DNA of 64,000 nt from Utricularia gibba (lineage: Eukaryota > Plantae > Magnoliophyta). The position numbers were made by a program, and so were the translations under genes. The stretch is taken from positions 1,612,001 through 1,676,000 of the forward strand of contig NEEC01000010.1 of the NCBI GenBank assembly GCA_002189035.1. The letters run 5' to 3'. Shown here piece after piece: positions 12,048 to 25,750 of the stretch. Below the pieces are notes generated by a model that did no database searches, was not told the DNA's origin, and saw only the letters and a program-made list of their open reading frames with translations. Numbering within the stretch: the stretch's first letter is position 1; every line of letters begins with the position of its first letter.

Positions 12048-13904
12048 GGTGGCCGGAACCCTCTTCGGAAAGGGAGGAGAAGGTGCCTGAGAGTACTCTT
12101 TGGTGCGAAAGCTTCTAAGACTTTGAAGAAGAGAGGAAGTAGTTCATCCATACAAGTCCTTGTTGAGAAGGTGCAGTGTCATTGTTTGGTATGGGAAAAA
12201 GGGCAGCACATTGGAGGAGAAACTTTTGCTGTTTTTTTGCTTGCTTTTATTCCACTCCCACAAAAGTTTAAGTCATTTTGGATCCCAAATACTTGAGAGA
12301 CACTATTTTAGAAGGTAAAACTGGTAAATCAATATATGTTTAATAAATGGATTGGTTAATGAATTTTTTTAAATTTATACGAAATAACTATGTAGTGATT
12401 TATTCATAAATCTTTATTTCTAAATATTTATATTAAAAAAATATTTTTTATAAATTCAAATAATTATTTATTTCATAATTTATCTAAACCCGAATAATTG
12501 AAATTATATTAATTTTTTAACGAGCAACCAAACATACTCTAATGTTAATATCATTAATATCTAACGAAATAAATCTAGCTACATACTACTTATCAAACAT
12601 TCAATATTTACGATTTTATATTATTCTATTAGAATAAAAAAATCATACAAAATTATAAATATTTTTTTATTTAAACATATTTTCTTTTTCGTTCATAAGT
12701 ATTATGAGATGCCATTACTAATTCATGATGTCACATTCTATTTTATTTTTCATAGTCACCATAAATATGGGATTCGAAATTTGGAATTTTCAATAGTTGT
12801 ATTACACACTTTTAGAGCAGTGGCTTTTCCTTAGTGTCGGTAGCTAAGCGATGGTCTATTGGTGAAGGCCAAGTTTCCACCTCCACACGTGACGTTTGAA
12901 CAAGAAAATCCAAAAAAATAGATGGTCTTAATGGAAAATATTAGATTAGGACAGGTTAGGTGGTTTTTGTATGCTATCGAATAGGCGTGAAATCTTGCCT
13001 TATCAGACACTGGTCTGCCCTGTCTTTAAATTTTGTACACTACTCTAAAGAGACAAAGAAAAAAATTTGTTGTTTCTCACCATGTGTGTTTTTTTTTTTT
13101 TTAAAAAAAATAATTAGATATATCCCCAGTAATCCATTCATGTGTGTTTACATGGGATAAAAATGATGATACCTGCATTTTGGGTGAACGATCCCCTTGG
13201 TGTTCACACACTCATATTAGAGCTTCCTTTTTTGTTTTCCTGTAAAATCTCATGTACACTGCTTGTTCATCTATCAATTCTCTGTCAATGTACGCACCGA
13301 CTGCCGGTGGGTCGTGACAAAATTCAATGCTTTTCAGAGGGAAAATGACTTCGTCTGCATGAAAGGGATAAGTGGAGGAGAAGACGAGACTTGACTGTGA
13401 GTATGAAACTGAAAGGCTAGCGGGGCGGGGACCCTAGAATGCCTACCGCCATCCTTAGCTTCAGAAATATTGCACGCAGACTGCATATCTTGTCTCTTGA
13501 GAGTCCATCATCACCATGTCGCCGTCGCCGCCGCTCAGACAACCGGCCGGCATGTGCAGGGGAATGGAGGGAATGCACCCGCTGCCAATGACTGAGTTGG
13601 ATGAGCTGGCTATGGCTGAGGGAACCATGGCGGGCCGTGAAGGTTCATAGTTTATGAGCTGCTCTTCTTGCCTTGGTGACTTTTACTAGACTCATCACCA
13701 TTTGGCTATGTGATAGATTCTTGTGTTTTCCCAGGAAATAATTGAGCATCTTTTATTTTCTCTGTTCGAGATAGAAACACAGAGCCTCACACGCATACAA
13801 ATAACATGAAAAGTAGTCCTATTGAAACCATCTTGGACACAATGGAATGACAATTATTACAAAAATGAGAGATGGGGATTGCCTGGAAGGATGCTCTGGT
13901 TTGC

Positions 13905-16900
13905 TCATCTGAAGGACTGCTGGATTTCTTCGAGTGTCTTCCCTTTGGTCTCCGGTACCCAAACAGACACAAATACCACTGCCAGAGCGCACATCACCAT
14001 GTACACAGTGAAAGTCCCTGTTAACAACCAACAGTGCAAAAAGCCAATGTTGAGTCCCTCGCTCACTAGAATCAAAAACTGGTGGTTGGGTATGAACAAA
14101 CCTCCTCCGCTCCAATTTAGGAGCAGTGGTGCAGTCATGGTGATGACCCATGATAAGAACCAGTTAGCTAGAGTTGCTACACTTCCAGCCAGGCCTTTTA
14201 TCTTCGGAGGAAGAATCTGAACAAAGGAATTGTGATTAAAATATATATATGCTGTAGCAGAAGAATGGAAAACAAGCAGTACCTCGGACATTATGAGCCA
14301 TGGGATTGGGCCCATGCCGAGCGAGAAGAAGATGATCAAGCACTACAGAGATAAGGTGGATGTTAAGGAGTAAGGAGCTTTATGTAACTGAAAATCATCT
14401 AGCAAAACCAGTAATGACTATCCAGAAGACCTACCACGACACCAACTACAGAGATGATTCCCAATATGTTGAACAATGAAGATCCTGAGGCAGCGAAACC
14501 CTTGAAAAATTTTTAGATAAAAATGTCAAGTGTTGATATATCCTTGGCATGCATTCAAGGGCTGCTTAGAGATGGAACAGTAAAAAAGATCCAATTTGAT
14601 AACCAGAACAAAAGGGGCAACCAGTATATTTCGCTATTGACTCAGATAACATGCCAATGTTTTCAGTAACATGCTCTACATTTGTATTCACCCTTCTCCA
14701 AATTTCAAATCAAAACTCAAATTTAGGCCCTAGATATGCTGGACAAAGCTAACACTTTCGATATCAATGGATGAACCTTTACTGATACCTTAATGTAGAA
14801 TGAAACTGCAACAACTAGGAGACTGACAGCCATCCCAGTAGATGAAACCTAAGGCAGATAATAACCAATGAAGAGTTGAATCTTACACAAAAATCATTTG
14901 TAGATCTACTATTGGATGCATAAGTAGTATAAACATACAGCTAGCAGAATTCTACGCCCGGCTCTGTCCACCAACCATGTAGATACAGCAGTTGCAATGA
15001 CCTAAACGGTTACATCATATTTTAAAAGATGCTGTTTATAAAACATGTGAACAAAAGAAAAAAAAGATATTGGATATGTTAGTATGCGTGAAGTGAGCAG
15101 GAAATTCGCAAATACAGTTGTCTTAACCTGAATGATACCAATACCAACTGTCGCTGCATTGCCAGACGTGATTCCTAAAGGCGAAGGTGAAGATATATAA
15201 AGCACGCTTCAATGATGGACATGAAGTAATAAAGCTTGAAGTGTAGATATTAACAGAAGGCAAGTACCCACCTGCAGATTCAAATATTGTGGTTGAGTAG
15301 AAAATAACGCCGTTTATCCCAGAAAGTTGTTGGAGACAAAGTAACCCAATTCCTATCTGTAGGAAAAAAGAAGGCAAGATACAGCATATGCATAGCCTGT
15401 GTCATAGGAATATCTGTAAACTGACTCACAGATACACACCAGCAGAGGAAGCCAATATCTTCTTAGTCGAAGGTCGGCAAAGCGAATAGTAGTTCTTCTG
15501 CTTGTTGAAGCCACTGATCTCTACAATTTAAAAAAAAAGAAAAGAAAAAACTCAACAATAATAATACTAGTACTAGTTGATAGGTAATCTGTTCTTCAAG
15601 GAATTAATGCATTAGGGAAAAGCTTACCTTGATTTCATGTACTTCTTGTGAAATATCTGTGTCAAATCCACGGAGGACTTGAAGGGAGGCCTCAAAATCA
15701 TCTGTCATCCCCATTTTAGCCTAGTGATCACAGCATCAAAGAGAAAAGAGTGAGAAATAAAAGAGTCAAATTCAGTGAGCAAGAAAAGAATCCTCACCAA
15801 CCACCGAGGAGATTCTGGAACGAAAAAAAGGCCTGGTATCAACACAAGACATGGAAGTATTCCTGTGAAAGAATGGAAAGCAGGTCACGGTCCGGAAGAT
15901 CTACATGAATATTCATGGAAAACAAAAAATGAGGACAAAAAAACACATTAAAATATATGATGAAAGATGTACACCGAATATCATATATGGTTCACCAAGC
16001 TCTATGAGAGCTACACCTCCCACAACGCTTACCAAGAACTGCAAGAACTCTCCAGCTAACAAATAGCCCAAGTAGATATGCGATCAATATTCCCATTGTC
16101 ACTGAAAGCTGAAGCAATAAAAATTAAACTCAGCCCACATAGAAGAAAGATGACTAATTGATGAATATGTTTAGGATCGTAGACTCAACAAACCTGGTTC
16201 ACAGAACCTAGGCCACCTCGAAGATTTTGAGGTGCTATTTCAGCAATATATACAGGCACCTATGGCATGATATACAAGCATGTAAATTCGTGAGACCCCG
16301 GTTATCACCTCTGAGGAGAAATGCCCTTACCGTGTAAGAAATTATACCAACACCAAATCCTTCCAAGAGTCTTCCCATGTAGAGAAAAGAGGAGTCCTAA
16401 TATTGTTGAGAATGCAATTGAAAACAATGGCATTGGGAGGATACGCACTAAATAATGCAGGGAACAGAAACTTACTCTGGCAAATGATACTGCGAGCCAA
16501 CCAATGATATTGGGTATGGCTGCAATCATTAAAGTCTGTAGAGAAAAAAAAAATGGACATGAATATGAATACCATGTCAATGCAATGGTGGTGACCATTT
16601 ACAAAGTCAAAACAGTATGAATTATTACCCCCTTTCGACCGATATACTCAGCAATTTGGCCGCTGGCTATTGCTCCAACCATAGCTCCAACGTTTGATAA
16701 AGACCCAAATAAGGAGAACTGCTCGATTGAAATCATCTACATCTGGTGAAAAAATTCTGATACCATCCGATAAGAATATTAAATATCACTGACCTGGGAA
16801 ACTGAGAGCTTTAGATCCCTAGTGATGGCAGACTGTGTAGGTGAAGAGTAACCGCACTAGATGACAGCAAAAAGGCATCAAACTCAGATTATACTTATCA

Positions 16901-17434
16901 GCATTAACGTCACGAAACTCATAACAGTGAAAACAGAAAAACCACGATGGAGGAAAAGGTAATCCACTGGATGGCTGCGCATGGATGAAAATAAAAGTTC
17001 AATAAAGCATATCCAACACAGAAGCTTTAATGATTCTTGACACGCATATTACAAAGAAAAGAACACGGTCACATATCACTGAACTTAGAAAGAGATCCAC
17101 CATGAACACCGAGAAGCAAGTGAAACGACATTTCAGACAATTCAGATTCAAATTACCAATCCGGAAAAGCATATGACCAATCATTCTAACAATAAATCTA
17201 TCAGAAGAGCAACAAAGCGAAGCAATTTCTGAGGCTTACCGTGAAACCAAACTGGATGGGACCAAGAGCTACAATCAAAACGCAAGCCAGAACAGAGATA
17301 GAACCATCTCTTATAGCTTGAGATGAACTCATCATACTTGACTGCCGGGAGCCCATCCTGTACCAACTCCCAGTATGCAAAAATGGCTTCCTGAGATCAC
17401 CCCTCCCATCGTCTGTCTCCTCCCTGAAACTCAT
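13905..17434 (-). CDS. ERDL6: ERD6-like MFS sugar transporter (ERDL6 type, tonoplast glucose exporter family), about 18 short exons
   Basis: [98 protein letters not shown]. Exons were read in phase. Confidence 0.93.
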
Positions 17435-19270
17435 CTCTCCCAGATCCTTCTCCCACTTACCACGCTTCAATCCAAGGAAACACTATCAAAACACAATTCC
17501 CCTGTCCGCTGCGAAGATAGCATTCCAAAGATGACCCTTTACGTCTACAGATTCCAGTAAACAGTGTACACGATTATTGGGTTGCAAGAGAATTAAAAAA
17601 AAAAGGATAAAAAATTTGCCCCGATCGCACATCAATCTTTCAACACCCAAAACTTACAGAGAGAATGAGGTGGGGTGTCGGTTATTTACCCCTTGATAAT
17701 CGGAGTCACCATCCAAAAGCGAACAGCCGTTGTAGGGACGGCGCGTCAATCAAACGATCAAGCACTGCCATACACACAATTTTTATCCCGCGAAATTTTA
17801 ATCCGCGCGTTTGTGTCAAGGAATGGATTTGCCTGAGAAACGGACCGCCATTGGAGACTAGTTCGCGGCAGGCCCAGCCCATACCAGAAAAAGAACACAC
17901 TCCTCTGATCAGGGAAAAGGCTTCCAAATATCTAGGTCTTTTTTGAATTGCTAATTTCCGATAACATCCTTCCCGGCGTGAGTACCACCTGCCTGATCGA
18001 TCGTCGGCGTGCAGGTACCCCACACACAGTGGCGCGGCGATCTTCTGGGACACTCAAATATAGATGGGTTCGCCTCTCGGCGGCCTTCCCCAAATGGGCG
18101 CTCCCGTGACCCCGCTGCCCACCAACGGACCAAACAGAAGCACGCATCATGAATCAACACATCATGTGACCACCAAGTCCTCATCTAATCCTTCAATTAT
18201 ATGCCATTTTAGATATCCGATCCTCCCACCCTCCTCCGTGATGATGACCCAGAGTGGGGAGGAGGGAAGTATGACGCTGTAGGTGCACGGTGTTAGTTGA
18301 GTTCATGCATGATGCGGAGTTCTTCATCCGCCATGCCCAGTCTTTCCTCCTCCTTGAAATTGCAATTGCACACAAATGCACAGAGAGGATTGATGATTTG
18401 TGTGGCTGTTAAGGAGGCCACGCGCCATCACTCAGAGCCTACAGAGATGAGGTGTTGCCATCCCCCTGTCCTACCTGCCTTCCCCTCTGTAAAACTACTC
18501 AAATTATTCACCGTTTTTGTCAGAGTGGCAGGCAGAATCGGTTAATTTTCTCGTTCCATACAAGAGGAACTGTACTTGATTCTTTTTCTTTTTACCGTCA
18601 GATTTTACTGTACCATCCCCTGTTCTTGTATTTCCAATCCACCCCTAAACTCCCCTTAATCTATCTCTGCATACAGTAGCTTCCATCTCTGTGTGTTCTT
18701 CTGCTGATTCCTTTATCAATACTGTGGGGTTTTTCAGACAATGTCCGATGAAGAGGTTAAAGTACGATTTTGTTCCTAAGAAATTTGACATGGATGGTAG
18801 TGTTATGAGCTTAGAAGCCATAAATGGCCATGCAACTTAACCATGGAGGTGATTAGTGTGAGAAGGGTAAGAAGATGATAAGTGAGGGGTATGGCACTTG
18901 CCATTGCAATAATGGGATGGGGCCTCGTTTTCAGGCCTTGGAACAGAACGAACATGACGTTGTCGGTTTTTTTTTTCACCCCTTTTTTGCCCTTTTCTTT
19001 TGGGTTTTCTCCTCACTCCACTTTCATTGCTTCATTACTTCTCGCTTTTTCATTTCTTAGCTTCATCACAAGGAAACCAACCTGTCTCTTGTTTCCTTCC
19101 TCTGTGTGTTGCAACTTCACCAACACTCAAATCATTATCACTTTTATAAGCTTGCTTTGTTTCCCACGATTTTTTTTTTTGAGATTTCTCTGTGTGTGTG
19201 TTTTGGATGAGGAATTTCATGGCGGTTTTGTGGGGACTCTGAGAGTTTTGTGTTTTTGAAAAGCTGTGTG

Positions 19271-20011
19271 ATGTCGGAAAGCGAGGTGAAAATGCAGAGT
19301 GGGTACAATTACGCCGCCGTGGACAACCCACATGAGAAACCCAGGATGTTCAGCTCTGGCGACGGGGGGAAGCCGAAGACGGCGATTACCTACAAGGAGT
19401 GTCTCAAGAACCACGCCGCCAACATCGGTGGCAACGTCACCGATGGCTGCGGCGAGTTCATGCCTAGTGGCGAAGAGGGTACCCTCGAGGCGCTAAAGTG
19501 CGCTGCCTGCAACTGTCACCGGAACTTTCACCGGAAGCAGCACCACGGCGAAATGGTACACCCGCTCCACATCCCCTCTCATTGGACCCAAATGGTGCAG
19601 CCGGTGAAAGTCGTCTACGGCGGCGGCACGGACTCCTCAAGCGAGGAACTGAACTTCAATCACATCGCCCCCGCGCCGCCCCATTTCGTGACGAAGAAGA
19701 GGTTCCGAACCAAGTTCACCCCAGGGCAGAAGGAGAAAATGCAGGAGTTCGCCGAGAAGCTAGGGTGGCGGATTCCCAGAGACGACGACTCCGAGATCCA
19801 GCGCTTCTGCGCGGAGGTGGGGGTGAAACGACAGGTCTTCAAGGTGTGGATGCACAACAACAAGAACACCACCAGCAGCACCAGCGCTTCCAAGAAGACA
19901 CCCCCGAGGAGTTCTAGAGATTCACCATTTCTACTCCTCGAGTTCCACCATTTTTACTTCCTCCGTCATCCCATTCCTCATCTGCTTTGCTTGTTTGTAA
20001 TTCTAGTATAG
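19271..20011 (+). CDS. Zinc-finger homeodomain (ZF-HD) transcription factor, single exon; true stop may be 19917
   Basis: YKECLKNHAANIGGNVTDGCGEFMPSGEEGTLEALKCAACNCHRNFHRK and KKRFRTKFT...FAEKLGWRI...VKRQVFKVWMHNNK. Confidence 0.92.
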   Translation: MSESEVKMQSGYNYAAVDNPHEKPRMFSSGDGGKPKTAITYKECLKNHAANIGGNVTDGCGEFMPSGEEGTLEALKCAACNCHRNFHRKQHHGEMVHPLHIPSHWTQMVQPVKVVYGGGTDSSSEELNFNHIAPAPPHFVTKKRFRTKFTPGQKEKMQEFAEKLGWRIPRDDDSEIQRFCAEVGVKRQVFKVWMHNNKNTTSSTSASKKTPPRSSRDSPFLLLEFHHFYFLRHPIPHLLCLFVILV

Positions 20012-21227
20012 GAGCTTGCTACCACTTTGGCAACTCCCTTGTCCCCCAAACTGCACCTCTACGTTTCTAACGTTTTTAATAAATACATCCCGTTTTTTTC
20101 TCTTTTGCAATTTTTTCATATTATATTTCTAGATCACAATATAAGTTATACACACTTATAATCCATGCTCGCATTATATAATATTGATAATATAATTATG
20201 ATAATCCCTCTATTTAATTACATTCTTTCTTATGTTCGTAATCAATGTAAAATTGTTCTATTATTGGCACTAACTTGAGTTTAATTCTAATAAAGCAACA
20301 AGCATAATGAATGATATATCATATTAGTTATGAATAAAGTAAATAATGTTATTAAATATAGGAATTATCATAATATTGTACGAGATATTTTCATAAAGAA
20401 AAACATTAAATCATGAGAATTATATAAATGCAATATACAATATCATGTAAGATGAGTGTAAATTATGAAAATCCACAACAATTATTGAGTATGAACTGTT
20501 TGATTTTAAGTCAATTGTTTTATAATGCTTTTATCATGAAAAAAAATCAAATTTTGATTATAACATAAATAAACTTAATCATAATTGAACGTAGTTTCAT
20601 ATTTTTATATTTTAAAACAATTCAAATTTAATCTAATATTTATCATCAACGGTTTGCGATGCAAAATAATTTCATGATTGAATCGTAGTTTTTTTAAACT
20701 ACTGATACCTACACTTCTATTATCATAATTTTTATATCATTTCATTTTTTAAAAATATTATTGATGTGGTAAAAAAATTTCGTGTTCAATATCTTTCCAT
20801 AAATAGTAAAGTTGTTCTTTGTTCTTAGATTGTTAATGCTACCACGAGATAATGATTCCAAAAACAAGATATGATTGATTTTTAGATATTAATTCAATAA
20901 TTACATATTAAAAATGGGAATTAAAATTAAAAATAATTGACATGTAAGAATTGGAAGGAATATGTGTCTTTTTAATAATTATGGTACACGATATTCAATA
21001 ATCGAACGCTAAAATTAGGTTTTTTTATGCCACCCGAAGCAGTGGCTGTGGTAAAAAAGGGGGAAAAAACGAGAATTGAATATGGTTCAGGGAAGTGCAG
21101 GGAAGCCATCGGGTTGACGGTTACTTGGTTGGGAATCAAGTACAGCCACGCTTCGTCGTCATCTGAGCATCTCAGAATTCAGATCGTAGGTATTCTGGTG
21201 CTCTGAAGAAGAATTTTGACCAATTTT

Positions 21228-22356
21228 ATGGCGTGGTTATCGATGGAGTCTGCTCTGCGAATTGGGGCATCCTCACTTTGTTCCGTGCCCAAAATTTCGC
21301 ATACCCATTCGCACAAGGATGTCAAGTTTTATCCTAAAATCGGTTCTGAAGGTGGCAGAAACCGCGTTATCCGCCTCCGCTGCTCTAATGAGAGCAAGAC
21401 TCCGCAAAGTGCTGAGGTAGTTAGTTTGGAATTCAAGTGTGGATGGGCGCTGGATTTTGGGGATTTGTAATTTTGAAATTTGATGCCTAGCTCGAGTGTG
21501 ATTTTTCAGATCGAGCCTTCGTCGGAAACCAATGATAACAACGTCGTTGCCGCCGTAACGGAGACGTCTTCAGCCGGCGGGCCGGGGATACCCCAATATC
21601 CTGACAAGACGTTTAATACCAGAATTGCTGTAGCGTCTGCGGTTGCTGCCGTTGCACTTTTCTTGTCTTCAAGACTTGATTTTGGTGTTTCCTTGAAGGA
21701 CCTATCAGCTGCAGCACTGCCATATGAAGAGGTATGCTGAATATTTTGAGTTGAATTAAGTTCACCAGTTTCATGGTAGTAGGTACTGCTACGATGAAAA
21801 AGGTCTGTTTATGGTTCATTTCTTAGTAACTTGATTCGTTATTAGGCTCTTCTGAATGGCAAGCCGACAGTTGTGGAGTTTTATGCTGACTGGTGCGAAG
21901 TATGCCGAGAATTGGCACCGGATGTGTACAAAGTAGAGCAAAAATACAGGTAAGAATACACTGTCATTTGCACAAGGAGATCAACTATTCGTGAAGTAGA
22001 CAATGAATGATTGGAGTTTTCATGTGTTGATGTTTATTTCTTTTCATGATACATGTTGGATATGGTTCAGGGACAGAGTCAACTTTGTTATGCTAAATGT
22101 TGATAACACCAAGTGGGAACAAGAGCTTGATGAGTTTGGTGTTGAGGGTATTCCTCATTTTGCTTTCCTTGATAAAGATGGGAATGAGGAGGGGAACGTT
22201 GTAGGCCGCCTTCCAAAACAGTACCTGCTCGAAAATGTTGATGCCCTAGCTCGAGGAGAAGCAGCAGTGCCTCATGCTAGAGTTGTAGGACAATATTCAA
22301 GTGCCGAGAACAGAAAAGTTCATCAAGTTGTTGATCCTAGAAGTCACGGAATGTAA
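21228..22356 (+). CDS. HCF164: Thylakoid thioredoxin-like protein HCF164 (exons 21228/21243-21416, 21510-21731, 21846-21949, 22071-22356)
   Basis: Transit peptide, transmembrane [24 protein letters not shown], active site FYADWCEVC, and [15 protein letters not shown]...VDPRSHG. Confidence 0.93.
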
Positions 22357-22857
22357 CTTCATTGTATGGTGCATGCTTTCTGTTGCGGATGACCATTTTC
22401 TTGTTGAAATTTATATGTAAATTTGAACAGGAGAAGATTTACATATACGCTTTTCTCATAAACTAAGGATTGTCCCAACCTTAGAAGCGCTTCCCAAATC
22501 TCCAACAATTGGAGGTGAAGACCGTAGTTGCTTTGAAAAGGAGTTCTCATCATGTCTTCATTGACTCGAAGCCTTTGAGTGATTCCTTCTTTCCACCCCC
22601 AATGAAAACCAGATTGCTTGTGAGCAGAGAAGGCGAATGAGGTAAAGAGCTTTTCACCCTTCTATAGAGAAACATGGAGATATTGACCATTTGAGGTTTG
22701 TCACTTTCTGCAACGCGTGCTCCCAAGTGCAAATCTGCTGTTTGTGTTCTGAATGGTAAATACAAATGCATCATAGTTGAAACATATCAGTTCTTCTTTC
22801 AGGAAAAACAGCAGGAATGATTGGAGGTGGAGGGTTGGACAGCAGCCTAGACCATAG

Positions 22858-24268
22858 CTATTCACAGACAGGTTTTGTGTCGAAGCTGCTCAAACAAATG
22901 GCGAATGCCTGGAAAGCAGAAAGAGGATATTGATAATCCATGGTGAATATATCCTTTCCGATTTTCCCGAATTGAAGAATAACTTTCTCATCATCTGAAC
23001 CAGAAGAACCTTGTCCATCCGTCACAGCAACAAGCTGGAAATTTTTCACAGATGCTATGGTCACACGGCCCCTGAAGTTGAGACACCAGCACTGAAGCTG
23101 ATCATGCCATCTTGGAACTTTGTTTTCCAATACCAGTAGGTCTTTTGAGTTCTCTGGAACACTTGGAGCGGAGAATGGGGAAAACATTTTATTGAGATGA
23201 AAACCAGGCATCGCATTGATAGCAGGAACACTTGCTCCTGGCAGAGTTGAAGAAGCTGGTATTGTGTTCATCACACAGCGCATTCGTCTCGGCCCCCTGG
23301 TGCGAAGAACATTGAGTTCATATGAGACGCTGGCAATGCTGTAGCTGCAAACCGGCGGTCTTGGTGAGACCCTATTTGAGGAAATTTTCTTCCATGACCA
23401 ACCACAGGATTGGAAGGTGGGATTGGTAGGAATCTGGCAGTCATGAATGAAGAACTTGGATCCCAGAAAGTTTGATCTGATCATTCAAATGATGAGGATA
23501 TGTTTCAAAAATGTTGTATAACTAGGAAACCAGGATTCTGATGCAGATACCTTAGTCTTCCAGCATAAGTTTCACTTGTCTGAGAGAAGTCATCTGGAGC
23601 TAGTGATATTATGAAATCCGTTCTCGTCAGTTTTCTGATCCTCTTTGCTGCCACAAGAAATTTTCCTGAATCTCCCGCCAGAGCTGTATTCATTCCAGCA
23701 CAACAGGTCTCAATAGGCGCATCAGTAAGCAGACAAGAATCAAGTAAGAAGAGCTTCTTGTTTACCAGGGCTCAACCCCAGGTACAGTCGGAACGTGGAT
23801 GTTGTCCGATCCCTCCGGATAAAGCATTGAACGGGAGAGTCTCTAGGTCCCGGCTGATGATTTGAAATCATGTCATCATCGGAGATACGACTACAAAAAG
23901 TGCAGTGAGGAAGTAGTAGAAGGTGGCACCTGCTTGAGAGAAATGGGGAAAGTGAACAAGCCACATTGTTCTGGAGTCCTGGTGATCTCCATGGTTATGC
24001 TCCTCCAGCTCCTGCAAACGCCAGCACAACTTACCACCGACCTTCGCCTTGGCCATGCTGTATCATCAGCTTCGATTCTACTGATGATATCGAGAAGCAG
24101 CTCCGGCGGCAAGTTCGCCCAAATACTCTCCTGTGAAGGCGGCGACTCATTGGGAGAAAATTGGATCTCTCTGCTTCCCAGCAAGCAACTCTCTTCAGCA
24201 GGCTGCGTCTTCGAGTCGCATCCGGCCCTCATCGCTATGAGCTCTCGGAAAATCGATTTCAGCTTCAT
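22858..24268 (-). CDS. Tubby-like F-box protein (4 coding exons)
   Basis: F-box [13 protein letters not shown]...[30 protein letters not shown], and Tubby domain RGPRRMRC...[29 protein letters not shown]...[25 protein letters not shown]. Confidence 0.95.
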
Positions 24269-25487
24269 TTTTTGGGGTGTAGATTGTGCGTTGTTGAACA
24301 CCAGTTTTCAATACTCAGTCGCCGTCTCCCTCATCTCTGCTGAACAACATAAAACAAGCCATGAAAACCATATGGATATGGATCAAAGAATGCACAATCT
24401 AACTGGTGGCTTTAACAGTCACCCCGCGCACCGTCGACGGCTTTGGGAAGCAGAGGATCGTTATATACTGCACGCAGAAACCACAATATGGATGGAGATC
24501 TCATGGGAAACAGGTATGGAATCTTTGGAAACGTGGAAATACCTCAACCTGAGAACGCAGAAGAAGGATATCGAGTCGAGGTAATCATGAAGTGTCATTG
24601 TTGGCAAAGTTGAAAGCCTTGGTCACACGTTGGAATGTCTCCCTGATGCAGATAAACCACAAAGAAGACAACAAAGGATATCATTTTTTAACACGACAGT
24701 GAATCTACCAAACACGTGGTCTTCATCATCCCAAAAGCAAAAGCAAAAGCATCACCCACCAGCGCACCCAGAAATCTGAATGTTCTTCTTTGATCGGAGA
24801 GATCCGGCAATTGACACCGTGATACAGCCGCCGCCGGCAGGAGGACGGCCGGGGCGCTGTCGTAATTCCTTGGATCTCCCTCGATGACAAATACAGAGAT
24901 AAAACAGAGAGAGCTGTATGTTTTATCAGGAGTTGTTCTTGATGGCCGTTAATACGGTTAAAAGAGATGGACCCCACTTCTTACCTCCACCCTTGGTTTC
25001 CTTCTTTGAATCTCTTTTTCAATTTAATTCGAAATCCAATTTACTATATATAACTTTAATTCTTTTTTCTCAATAATGAAAAAAATACCCACCTCTTTAT
25101 TATGTATAATAATATCATTTTGGTTATTAGATGTGTTAATGATGAAAGGAGGAATCATGCATGAATGAGAAGATACCAATCATATGGTCACATCCCAGTA
25201 GTCCAAATTAAATTAAAGATTAGTTGGGAAGGATTAGGACACAAAAATAAATAAATAATAGCTTTTAATAAAAAGACAAAGAGCTCTCTTTCAAGATCTT
25301 TAGGCTTTGAGACTAAGATTACAATGATTGAACACAGCTGCCTGAAGCCCAATGTCAACAGTTTCACTCCCAAGAAAACTTCCTTTTTTATTTCAAATGG
25401 GAAGAAGATCAAGAGATCATTTGAAACACAAGTGCCTATCTCATATTTAAAAAATAAAAGTAAATAATGGGAGATCATGAAATATAA

Positions 25488-25750
25488 GGTAGTATTTGAC
25501 TTATGGGATTAACATGATTTAAAGTAAAGACTATAAATTATATTGTATTTATTTTATGAATTTAAATAAAAGAATATAAATTTTTAATTTTATATAGAAG
25601 GGATTATTTAAAATCATATATCTTTATTTTACTTAATACCAACTATTTTATATTTAAAATATAACTGTAATTCTATTAATTAAATATTATATAAAAATTA
25701 ATTTTTGTACATCAATGACTTTTATTTTATTTTCATGAACCAAACACTCC
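25488..25750. mobile_element. Degenerate Tourist/PIF-like MITE (tentative)
   Basis: TAA on both flanks (25485-25487 and 25751-25753). Left end GGTAGTATTTG aligns with a gap to the reverse complement of the right end CCAAACACTCC. The interior is AT-rich. Confidence 0.3.

Noticed and set aside
17665-18300. Several 70-115 aa ORFs between the transporter and ZF-HD genes
   Set aside because: They mostly use non-ATG starts, show no domain similarity and are rich in promoter motifs (CGCG, GGCCCA). They are better read as divergent promoter DNA.
18258-18354. Possible miRNA hairpin closed by GGAGGAGGGAAG / CTTTCCTCCTCC with loose miR482- or miR530-like words
   Set aside because: Only the outer 12 bp pair. 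The inner arms do not, and there is no convincing mature-sequence match.
24560-24685. Two ATATCCTT words on the minus strand resembling U12 AT-AC donors in the Tubby leader
   Set aside because: No good TCCTTAAC branch site with a correctly spaced AC, and ordinary GT-AG sites explain the region.
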